From contig OY970303.1 in assembly GCA_963716255.1 (NCBI GenBank), positions 7,200,001 to 7,264,000 of the forward strand: a DNA stretch of 64,000 bases. Reading direction: 5' to 3'. Position 1 is the stretch's first letter. Every line of letters starts with the position of its first letter. Positions 59,601 to 64,000 of this stretch are shown piece by piece. Below the pieces are notes generated by a model. It worked only from the letters and a program-made list of their open reading frames with translations, had not been told where the DNA came from and did no database searches. A program made the position numbers and the translations under genes. The stretch is from an uncultured Gemmatimonadales bacterium. GTDB lineage: Bacteria > Gemmatimonadota > Gemmatimonadetes > Longimicrobiales > Longimicrobiaceae.

Positions 59601-62600
59601 CACCGTGGGATGGTTCACCACCGTGTACCCGGTGCTGCTGGACGTGGGCGGGGCGGCGGACGAGGGCGCGTCGCTGAAGCGGGTCAAGGAGCAGCTGCGG
59701 GAGGTGCCGGGGCAGGGGATCGGGTACGGGGCGCTTCGCTGGCTGAGCCCGGACGCGGCCACGCGCGGGCGCCTGGCGGAGCAGCCGCGCGCCGAGGTGA
59801 GCTTCAACCACCTGGGGCAGGCCGACGCCGCCCTGGCGGACGACGGGCTCTTCGGCCTGGCGGCGGAGCAGGGCGAGGACGCGATCGGCCCGGACGCGCC
59901 GCGGCAGCACCTGCTGGAGGTGAGCAGCATCGTGCACGGCGGCCGTCTGCGGGTGGACTGGCGCTTCGGCGAGGCGATCCACCGGCGGGCGACGGTGGAG
60001 GCGCTGGCCGGGCGCTACCTGGCCGAGCTGCGGGGGCTGGTGGCGCACTGCGTTTCCGCGGATGCGGGCGGGAGCACGCCGAGCGACTTCCCGCTCGCGG
60101 GGCTGTCGCAGGAGGAGCTGGACCGGCTGCCGGGGAGCGGCCGGGAGGTGGAGGACGTGTACCCGCTCGCGCCGCTCCAGGAGGGGCTGCTCTTCCACGT
60201 CCTGTATGCGCCCGGCGAGGGGCTGTACGTGGCGCAGTACGGCATGGAGCTGGAGGGCGGGCTGGACGGGGAAGCGATGCGGCGGGCGTGGGACGCGACG
60301 CTGGCGCGGCACCCGGCGCTGCGCGCGAGCTTCCTGTGGCGGGACCTGTCCCGGCCGCTTCAGCTCGTCCGCCGCCAGGTCCGCGTCCCCTTCGTGCAGG
60401 AGGACTGGCGCGTCCTCCCCGAGGACGGGCAGCGGGCGGCGCTGGAGGGCTACCTGCGGGAGGACCGGGCCCGCGGCTTCGACCTGGAGGCCGCCCCGCT
60501 GATGCGGGTGGCGCTCTTCCGGACCGGCGAGGACCGCTACCGGATGGTGTGGAGCTTCCTCCAGGCCGTGCTGGACGGGTGGAGCCTGCCGCTGGTCTTC
60601 CGCGACCTGCGCGCGGCGTACGAATCGCTCGCCGCGGGGGGGACGCCCGCGTTGGGAACGGCGCCGCGCCACCGCGACTACGTCGCCTGGGTGGAGCGGC
60701 AGGACCCCTCGCGCACCGAGGCGTTCTGGCGCGGGGTGCTCGCCGGCTTCGACACGCCCACCCCGCTTCCGCTCGACCGCGCCACGTCCGCGCCGGGTCC
60801 CGAGCGCCGCGAGCAGACGGGCATCGAGCTCACCGCGGAGGCCACGCGGGCGCTGCACGCCTTCGCACGGGCGCGCGGGCTGACCCCGGGCACGCTGGTT
60901 CAGGGCGCGTGGGCGCTGCTGCTCGCGCGTTACGCCGGTGCGGACGACGTGGTCTTCGGCGTCACCGTCTCCGGGCGGCCGGCGGAGCTGGCCGGCGTGG
61001 AGGAGATGGTGGGCGTGTTCATCAACACGCTGCCGGCGCGCGTCCGGCCGGGGAGCGACGCCCGGGTGGACGAGTGGCTGGGCGCGCTGCAGGAGGACGC
61101 CGCGGCGCTGCGGGAGCACGAGTACGTGTCGCTGTCGCAGGTGCAGAAGTGGAGCGCCGTCCCCGCCGGGCAGGAGCTCTTCGCCAGCAACTACGTCTTC
61201 GAGAACTACCCGGTGGACGAGGCCGTGGCCGCCGGCATCGGGGGCGCCGCGGTGCGCGGCATGACCGCCATGGAGCAGGGGAGCTATCCCCTCACGCTCG
61301 TGGCGGCGCCAGGGGCGCGGCTGTCGCTGCGCCTTCACCACGACCCGGCGCGGCTCGACGCCGCGGGCGCCGGGCGCCTTCTGGCGCAGCTGGGCGCGGT
61401 GCTGGACGCGTTCGTCGCGCACCCGGAGCGGCGCGTTTCCGGGGTGTCGCTGCTGCGCGGGGACGAGTGGGCCCCGCTGCTCGAATCGTCCCGCGCGGCG
61501 CGGGCGTACCCGGCGGCGTGCGTGCACGAGCGGTTCGCGCGGCAGGCGGAGCGCACCCCCCACGCGCCCGCGGTCACCTCCGGCGGCGAGACGCTGACGT
61601 ACGCGGAGCTGGACCACGCGGCCAACCGGCTCGCGCGCCACCTGCGCCGCCGCGGCGTGGGCCCCGAGGTGCGCGTGGCCGTGTGCGCCGAGCGCTCCGC
61701 CGAGCTGGTCGTGGCGCTCCTGGCCGTGCTCAGGGCCGGCGGCGCGTACGTCCCCGTCGATCCCGCCTACCCGGCCGAGCGAATCGCCTACCTGCTGGAA
61801 GATTCCGGCTGCGCGGCCGTCCTGGTGCAGGAGGGGCTGCGCCCGCTCCTGGGCGACCCGTCCATGGAGGTCATCGCCCTGGAGGGCGCGCTGGCCGACA
61901 CCGGGGGAAGCGATGCCGCGCCCGAGGTGCGGGTGGACCCGGAGAACGCCGCGTACGTCATCTACACCTCCGGCTCCACCGGCCGCCCCAAGGGCGTGGT
62001 CGTCACGCACGCCAGCGTCACGCGCCTCTTCGCCGCCACCGAGGCGTGGTTCGGCTTCGGCGAGCAGGACGTGTGGACGCTCTTCCACTCCTACGCCTTC
62101 GACTTCTCGGTGTGGGAGATGTGGGGCGCGCTGCTGTACGGCGGGCGCCTGGTGGTGGTGCCCTGGCAGACGAGCCGCGACCCGGAAGCGTTCTACGGCC
62201 TGCTGGCCCGCGAGCGCGTGACGGTGCTGAGCCAGACGCCCTCCGCCTTCCGGCAGCTCGCGGGGGTGGAGGAGACGCGGGCCGCCTCCCCGGAGCTGGC
62301 GCTGCGGGTGGTGGTCTTTGGCGGCGAGGCGCTGGAGCCGCGGGCGCTGCGGGGGTGGATGGAGCGGCACGGCGAGGCAACGCCGCGGCTGGTGAACATG
62401 TACGGGATCACCGAGACCACGGTCCACGTCACCTACCGTCCGGTCCGGTGGGCGGACGTGGAGGCGGGCGAGGGGAGCCCGGTGGGCGTGGCGATCCCGG
62501 ACCTGGCGGTGTGGGTGCTGGACCCGTGGGGGAACCCGCTGCCGGCCGGGGTCCCGGGCGAGATGTACGTGGGCGGCGCCGGGGTGGCGCGCGGCTACCT

Positions 62601-64000
62601 GGGGCGGCCGGAGCTGACGGCGGAGCGCTTCGTCCCGGACGCGTTCGGCGGCGAGGCGGGAGCCCGCCTGTACCGGAGCGGCGACCGGGCGCGGCGCCTG
62701 GCCTCCGGGGAGCTGGAGTACCTGGGGCGCGGCGACGCGCAGGTCAAGGTGCGCGGCTTCCGCATCGAGCCCGGGGAGATCGAGGCGGAGCTGGCGGGGC
62801 TGCCCGGGGTGCGCGAGGCGGTGGTGACGGTGCGGGAGGATCCTGCCTTCGGCACGCCCGGGCAGAAGCGGCTGGTGGCCTACGTGGTCCCCGAGCCGGG
62901 CGCCGGGCTCGCCGTCGCGGAGCTGCGCGAGGCGCTGTCCGGCCGGCTGCCGGAGCACATGGTGCCCGCCGCGTTCGTGGTGCTGGGGAGCATTCCGCTG
63001 ACCCCCAACGGGAAGACCGACCGCCGGGCGCTGCCCGCGCCGGAGCTCGCCGACGCGGGCGCCGGGTTCGTGGCGCCGCGCACCGAGGTGGAGGCGGTGC
63101 TGGCCGCGGTGTGGGCGGAGGTGCTGGGGGTGGAGCGCGTGGGCGTGGAGGACGGCTTCTTCGAGCTGGGCGGCGACAGCATCCTTTCCATCCAGGTGGT
63201 CTCGCGGGCGCGCCAGCGCGGCCTCAGGATCACCCCCCGGCAGCTGTTCGAGCGTCCCACCGTCGCGCGCCTTGCGGAGGTGGTCGAGCCGGAAATCCCG
63301 GACTCCGCGGCGGCGGCGCAGGGGCCGGTCGCGGGCGAGGCCCCGCTGACGCCCATCCAGCGGCGCTTCTTCGAGCAGGACCGCCCGGCGCGCCACCACT
63401 ACAACCAGGCCCTGCTGCTCGTCCCGCGCGAGCGGCTGGAGCCCGCGCTGCTGGCGCGGGCCGCCGGCGCGCTGAATGCGCACCACGACGCGCTGCGGCT
63501 GCGCTTCCGCCGCGAGGCAGACGGCGCGTGGACGCAGTCGCACGCGGACGCGGCCCGGCATCTCCCGCTCGCGGTGCTCGACCTGTCCGGCATCCCGGAG
63601 ACGGCGCGGCGCGGCGCGATGGAGGCCGCCGCGGAGCAGGTGCAGCGGAGCCTGGAGCTGTCGCGCGGGCCGCTGCTGCGCGCGGCGCTCTTCGACCCGG
63701 GTGCCGGTCAGTCGCAGCGTCTCCTGATCGTCGTCCATCATCTGGTGGTGGACGGCGTCAGCTGGCGGGTGCTGCTGGAGGACCTGGAGAGCGCGTACGC
63801 CCAGCTCGCGCGGGGCGAGGCGGTGCGCCTTCCCGCGAAGACGACCTCGTGGAAGGCGTGGGCCGAGCGCCTGGCGGAGCACGCCGGGTCGCAAGCTCTG
63901 GCGGACGAGGCGGCGTACTGGGCCGGGGAGGCGGAGAAGGCGACGGCGGCGCTGCCCGTCGACGACGCGGCCGCGGAGGACACCTCCGCGCGGTCTCGCA
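44641..64000 (+). CDS. Giant lipopeptide NRPS, 3'-truncated: FAAL-ACP-C-A-T-C-A-T-E-C-A(MT)-T-E-C-A-T-E
   Basis: Frame from ATG 44641 spot-checked in frame throughout: [51 protein letters not shown] (x3), HHLVVDG (x3), EGHGRE (x2), HHLVLDG. No same-frame ORF in the track, consistent with no stop before the window end (>6400 aa). Confidence 0.95.
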   Translation, partial: MLNPHDASSLVELLRLRAGADPDRIAYTFLLNGEAEEGHVTYGQLDLRARAVAARLQALGARGERALLLYPPGLEYIAALFGCFYAGVTAVPAYPPRPNKADPRLRSIVADCQPTLALATRELLGEAERLFAHTPELGGLRWLATEDVPAAEADSWAEPEVGGETLAFLQYTSGSTAAPKGVMVSHGNLLHNFAVIEGFCGYTPETRSVIWLPPYHDMGLIGGILQPLFTGYWAALFSPVAFIQRPARWLEAISRYRATSSGGPNFAYDLCVHSMRPEERAGLDLSHWEIAFNGAEPVRAETLRAFGEAFAPSGFRERAFFACYGLAEATLMVTGSQPSEPPVVRAVDAGALGEGTVREAEPEGRYRLVGSGRSAPSQRVIIVDPATLRESPSDRVGEVWVAGASVASGYWARPEATAETFGAYEAGTGEGPFLRTGDLGFLDGGELFITGRLKDLIVIRGRNHYPQDVEQTANRSHAGLRAGSGAAFSIEEGGEERLVVVQEVSRQAAAGLDVEEVGEAIRRAVAGEHGVQVHAVAVVRPGGIPKTSSGKVQRRSCRAKFLAGELPLVGVSFREDRRSAAPRPAAAGITRESLEAAEAGERQLLLEALLVERAAQVLGVDPARVDREQPLVALGMDSLRAMELKGALEASLGAVVPIAALLDDTRIDRLAADLLEEIFAAPAGASVAVAGGEAPLSFAQERLWFLDRLQPGSAAYNLAVALRVRGIVDAAVLRRSLEATTRRHDALRTVFAEAGGRPVQRVAAAGAVPLPAVDLSLLRPEERAAAARRVSAEVARAPFDLEAGPLFRARLLRLAGDEHLLVLATHHIVSDGWSAGVLLREVGTHYTALLAGKYSPLPPLPTQYADWALGQRGRLRGEVAGEQLAYWRERLRGVAPLALPTDHARPPVQSFRGATHRFAIPAEVMDGVRALALRERATLFMALLAAWDLLLARYSGEGDVAVGTTVASRDRAEVAGLVGMFVNTLVLRVEVVPEESFRTLLGRARTAVLQAFMRQDVPFERLVEEVHPGRDLSRNPLFQVMLAPQSESLEPVEVPGATLVPEPVDAGTAILDLTLYTWERSGGGLSAALEYAADLFEAGTIERMAAHLVEVLRAVAADPDLAAAEVPLLLPAERAWLLEEWTATERAYPERCLHELFAEQAVRTPEAPAVRFGGRTVTYAELERSANRLAWHLQALGAGPEARVGLCMERTPEMVAAMLGILKAGGAYVPLDPAYPADRLAYMLADAGADLVVSQAQLAGRLPEGVARVLPDAEAERIAEQPDTAPPGEARPENLAYVLYTSGSTGRPKGVQVEHRSASQIVHFLRDVVRAEDRAAVLGSTSVSFDVSVGEIFGTICWGGTLVLVESVLDLPRVADEDVRLVVTVPSAAAELLRTGGIPASVRAFNLAGEALPAWLARDLYARPETERVLNLYGPTEDTVYSTWSVVERGAERVRIGRPVANSRAYVLDPVGSPAPVGIAGELCLGGAGTARGYHGRPELTAERFVPDSFAAEPGARMYRTGDRARWLAGGELEYLGRIDQQVKVRGFRIEPGEIEAVLRAHPAVGEAVVAARAEGSDGVRLVAYHLAAEGAARPEAAELRAWLRERLPEYMVPSAFVALETLPLTPSGKLDRRALPEPAAEAAASPESAAPSTPAEEILAGIWSAVLGVEPVGLHDDFFALGGHSLLATRVASRVRQAFGMELPLRALFEAPTVARLAARIAALRSEGAVAAPPIGRASREAALPLSFGQQRLWVVDRLDPGSAAYNMAGALRLRGALDAAALRAGLGELARRHETLRTTFAERGGVPVQVIHPAAPVPLPVLDLRALPAGTREAEAERLAGAEALRPFDLARGPLLRCALLRLAGDDHVLCLTLHHAVGDGWSVDVLAGDLSALYAAFSRGAEPSLPGLPIQYADFAVWQREWLRGGVLEAQTGYWRARLAGAPPLLELPTDRPRAAGQSPRARSHRFTVPAGVSLGLRQLARQEGATLFMTLLAAWQTLLGRYAGQDDVVVGSPVAGRTRVETEGLIGFFVNVLALRADLSGDATWRELLGRTRETALGAYAHQDLPFERLVDELEVERSLVHTPLFQVVFALQRPGGLAGRLSLDGVEPEPFGGEAGVVRFDMSLTVDDDAEALAGTLLYRAALFDAETAARMTAHLATLLEAMAADPGARLREVPLLRGAEREQVLEAWNATAADRPRACLHTLFAEQAARTPDAPAVVFGEDALTYAGLERRANQLAHALRRRGVEPEVRVGLCLERGVDQVVAVLAAWKAGGAYVPLDPAVPARRQEALLAASRAPVLVTQAHLAGRFGAYAGAVLRLDADRGEIERESAAAPESGAVPSNLAYVIYTSGSTGTPRGVLVQHASVVNLAAALGEAVYSRRGGGAAPRVSVNGPLTFDTSVKQLVQLLGGATLCIVPEEVRLDARQLGAYLRRHAVEVLDCTPAQLRQLLADGLLDEAGPALTDLLVAGEAMDAGLWEALGAMPGRRAWNLYGPTECTVDASLRRVAGARPTIGRAVANARLYVLDADGEPVPAGVVGELYVGGAGVARGYQGHPDLTAERFLPDAFGARPGGRLYRTGDRVRWTGAGELEYVGRTDHQVKVRGFRVEPGEIEAVLAGLPGVREAVVVVREDPAFGMPGQKRLVAYVVSEPGAAVSGAELREQLSARLPEHMVPGAFVALASIPLTPNGKTDRAALPAPERTHGGDAHVAPRTEAERVLCEVWAGLLGVERVGVEDNFFELGGDSILAIQVVSRARQRGLRLAPRQLFEHPTVARLAGVAEAAAAGDVAAPQGAVTGEVPLTPIQRRFFAQEHPARHHYNQALLLAPRETLDPALLARAAGALEAHHDALRLRFRREADGRWTQSHADAARHLPLAVLDLSGVPEKAWRSALEAAAEQVQRSLELSRGPLLRAALFERGAGEPQRLLLVVHHLVVDGVSWRVLLEDLESAYAQLARGESVKLPAKTTSWKAWAELLAEHAGSQALADEAAYWAGEAEKATAPLPLDDPTGEDTVARSGSVAVSLSAEETGALLREVPQAYRTQVDDVLLAALAAALGRWTGEARVRIDLEGHGREEDAVGGVDLSRTVGWFTTLYPVVLELPRGGGPGAALKAVKEQLRAVPRRGIGYGLLRYAGAGGAGAELARAPRAEVAFNYLGQLDAAVSGESFFALAEEPAGATADGRTPRAHRVLVTGAVREGRLEVELGYAGGVHRRETIERLAGWFAAELRELIAHCRGAEAGGYTPGDFPLAALDQAALDALLGSERGVEDVYPLTPMQEGMLFHTLDEQGQGTYVGQMVLTLRGAPEAPVFLRAWQAAMQRHPALRTRFAWDGLERPLQVVAGRAAPALVQRDWRDRDEARQRAGLEAYLEEDRRGGVDVRRAPLMRLALFRTGDDRWELVWTHHHLVLDGWSLPLFFRDVLDLYEGYAQGRQVQLAGAHPHRDYVAWLAGQDVARAEQAWREALAGFAAPTPLPLDGAAPRPGDAAAGPGGHGEARLRLDAERTARLQAFARAEGLTLNTLLQGAWGMLLARRSGEADVVFGATVSGRPPRLAGAEEMVGLFINTLPVRVRVRPEAPVGEWLREIQGRQAALREHEHTPLVQLRKWSEVPAGKPLFESAFSFSNYPVDAALTQRDVGFRVESARVIERDDIPLFLSAAVQGDGVDVQLVHQFLRVAPAAAGRLLEELGVLLDQLATDPRLPLERVTGLTADERLRLLATGRGPAAEYPRDRSVHELISLRAAATPDAPAVLAGGVRLGFAELEARADVVAARLRSLGVGPEVRVAILLDRSAELAVAILGTLRAGGAYVPLDPAYPAERLAYLLTDSGARVVVTRTSLAATMPSTSAHTLLVDADESGSAPLPVESVVDPENAAYVIYTSGSTGAPKGVMVSHRSLVCYAEAARAELGLGAGDRFLQFASPSFDVMVEEIFPAWLAGAAVVFPGQDLLESPGALLEIVEAQGVTGFELPTAFWHEWVRMLAEEGRRLPASLRFVIVGGERVHPERLAEWARLEVPLVHVFGLTETTVSSAMLRLEAGDDGSRWSNLPVGRPLANAALYVLDAAMQPAPEGAPGELYLGGDTVARGYSGRPALTAERFVPDPFGGSGGRLYRTGDRVRWLAEGGLEFLGRIDQQLKIRGFRIEPGEIEAALAEHPAVREAVVVAREEAPGRKQLVAYVVPAAGYAAGPAGLHRAPVEFWPSHGEAGFYDDLLYKAMADDRRRNQAYLEALRSVAPGKVVVDVGTGAEAVLARLAVQAGARKVYAVETKEESYRRARELIARLGLEDRIELVRGNAVDVDLPEPADVCVSELIGCIGGLEGAVAILNTAWRWLKPDAVQVPRRCVTRIAAVELPEEVHRAPALGEMAAHYAEKIFEAQGHRQDVKLCVRNVAREHLLSGDDLFEDLTFTGPMEPEYGGPIELRITRDGRLDGFLLWIQLWMGETLGVDSLEHDCSWLPMIFPAFYPGVSVREGDVLRAEVSVRLAENRVNPEYHIRGVLRRAAGGEEPFDYESRWRTPPEEPNELHRRLFLGPEIPIRHPDDDPSAQVSAAELRAHLAGRLPEYMVPGAFVTLERLPLTPNGKVDRRSLVQREASGPAAAASYAAPESEVERTLCAILAEALRVERVGVHDNFFELGGDSIVAIQIVSRARRAGLWLRPRQLFQHPTVARLAPEVSAAESAGVQTDQGAVTGEVELTPVQRWFFAEEIPERDRWNMPLLLELRRPLEAARLEASLERVVAHHDALRFRYARAADGAWVQTCALLDAPVALEQVDLSWVPAEELKERMRRRSAAAQASLDLEHGPLLRAVLLEPGGGRASRLLLVVHHLVVDGVSWRILLEDLQTAVEMLSRGEAVTLPAKTTSFQRWAQRLAEHTARGGFDAELEFWLDEPRRMLRPLPVDSPGGRSHNTVGGSRTVSVSLDMDETRALLTEAPAAYRTQVGDVLLCALARAFAGWTGETRLLVELEGHGREELFEDVDLSRTVGWFTTVYPVLLDVGGAADEGASLKRVKEQLREVPGQGIGYGALRWLSPDAATRGRLAEQPRAEVSFNHLGQADAALADDGLFGLAAEQGEDAIGPDAPRQHLLEVSSIVHGGRLRVDWRFGEAIHRRATVEALAGRYLAELRGLVAHCVSADAGGSTPSDFPLAGLSQEELDRLPGSGREVEDVYPLAPLQEGLLFHVLYAPGEGLYVAQYGMELEGGLDGEAMRRAWDATLARHPALRASFLWRDLSRPLQLVRRQVRVPFVQEDWRVLPEDGQRAALEGYLREDRARGFDLEAAPLMRVALFRTGEDRYRMVWSFLQAVLDGWSLPLVFRDLRAAYESLAAGGTPALGTAPRHRDYVAWVERQDPSRTEAFWRGVLAGFDTPTPLPLDRATSAPGPERREQTGIELTAEATRALHAFARARGLTPGTLVQGAWALLLARYAGADDVVFGVTVSGRPAELAGVEEMVGVFINTLPARVRPGSDARVDEWLGALQEDAAALREHEYVSLSQVQKWSAVPAGQELFASNYVFENYPVDEAVAAGIGGAAVRGMTAMEQGSYPLTLVAAPGARLSLRLHHDPARLDAAGAGRLLAQLGAVLDAFVAHPERRVSGVSLLRGDEWAPLLESSRAARAYPAACVHERFARQAERTPHAPAVTSGGETLTYAELDHAANRLARHLRRRGVGPEVRVAVCAERSAELVVALLAVLRAGGAYVPVDPAYPAERIAYLLEDSGCAAVLVQEGLRPLLGDPSMEVIALEGALADTGGSDAAPEVRVDPENAAYVIYTSGSTGRPKGVVVTHASVTRLFAATEAWFGFGEQDVWTLFHSYAFDFSVWEMWGALLYGGRLVVVPWQTSRDPEAFYGLLARERVTVLSQTPSAFRQLAGVEETRAASPELALRVVVFGGEALEPRALRGWMERHGEATPRLVNMYGITETTVHVTYRPVRWADVEAGEGSPVGVAIPDLAVWVLDPWGNPLPAGVPGEMYVGGAGVARGYLGRPELTAERFVPDAFGGEAGARLYRSGDRARRLASGELEYLGRGDAQVKVRGFRIEPGEIEAELAGLPGVREAVVTVREDPAFGTPGQKRLVAYVVPEPGAGLAVAELREALSGRLPEHMVPAAFVVLGSIPLTPNGKTDRRALPAPELADAGAGFVAPRTEVEAVLAAVWAEVLGVERVGVEDGFFELGGDSILSIQVVSRARQRGLRITPRQLFERPTVARLAEVVEPEIPDSAAAAQGPVAGEAPLTPIQRRFFEQDRPARHHYNQALLLVPRERLEPALLARAAGALNAHHDALRLRFRREADGAWTQSHADAARHLPLAVLDLSGIPETARRGAMEAAAEQVQRSLELSRGPLLRAALFDPGAGQSQRLLIVVHHLVVDGVSWRVLLEDLESAYAQLARGEAVRLPAKTTSWKAWAERLAEHAGSQALADEAAYWAGEAEKATAALPVDDAAAEDTSARSR
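57240..58260 (+). other. Methyltransferase domain inserted in A domain 3 (between cores A8 and A9), PRMT-like
   Basis: [47 protein letters not shown]; the A domain resumes at [16 protein letters not shown]. Boundaries approximate. Confidence 0.85.

Noticed and set aside
50227..63894. 4555-aa minus-strand ORF (and 44413..50082)
   Set aside because: Antisense shadows of the NRPS in GC-rich DNA; no recognisable motifs.
1..64000. Transposase, integrase, prophage, rRNA or defence genes
   Set aside because: No recognisable motifs found on either strand.

Overview
Extremely GC-rich bacterial window (about 75% by eye). A PadR-ADOP pair and the style of the NRPS suggest Gemmatimonadota/Longimicrobium-like DNA (inference only). 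Left to right: (1) 1-2407 (-), a ubiA-dprE2-dprE1-like polyprenyl-phospho-arabinose pathway. (2) 2591-32160 (+), a ~30 kb mostly translationally coupled Wzy/Wza/Wzc-type polysaccharide locus with a GT-C-like membrane protein, about 10 glycosyltransferases, a heparinase II/III-like protein, AsnB, two methyltransferases, an acyltransferase, a carbamoyltransferase and a bi-domain oxidoreductase. (3) 32197-43785 (-), an arsR-metallophosphoesterase-aquaporin operon, an orphan histidine kinase, padR-ADOP permease and an mmsA-aminotransferase-DmpA catabolic operon. (4) 44641 to the window end (+), one giant NRPS that is absent from the ORF track: FAAL-ACP-C-A-T-C-A-T-E-C-A(MT)-T-E-C-A-T-E(partial). 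Most notable: four dispersed copies of a ~130-145 bp non-coding element with a multi-stem fold, compensatory base changes and mosaic halves; a PRMT-like methyltransferase inside an A domain with a basic-residue-type code; a C domain lacking its HH motif; and a Wzc lacking both the Walker A lysine and the Tyr cluster. All calls come from manual reading of motifs; no searches were run.
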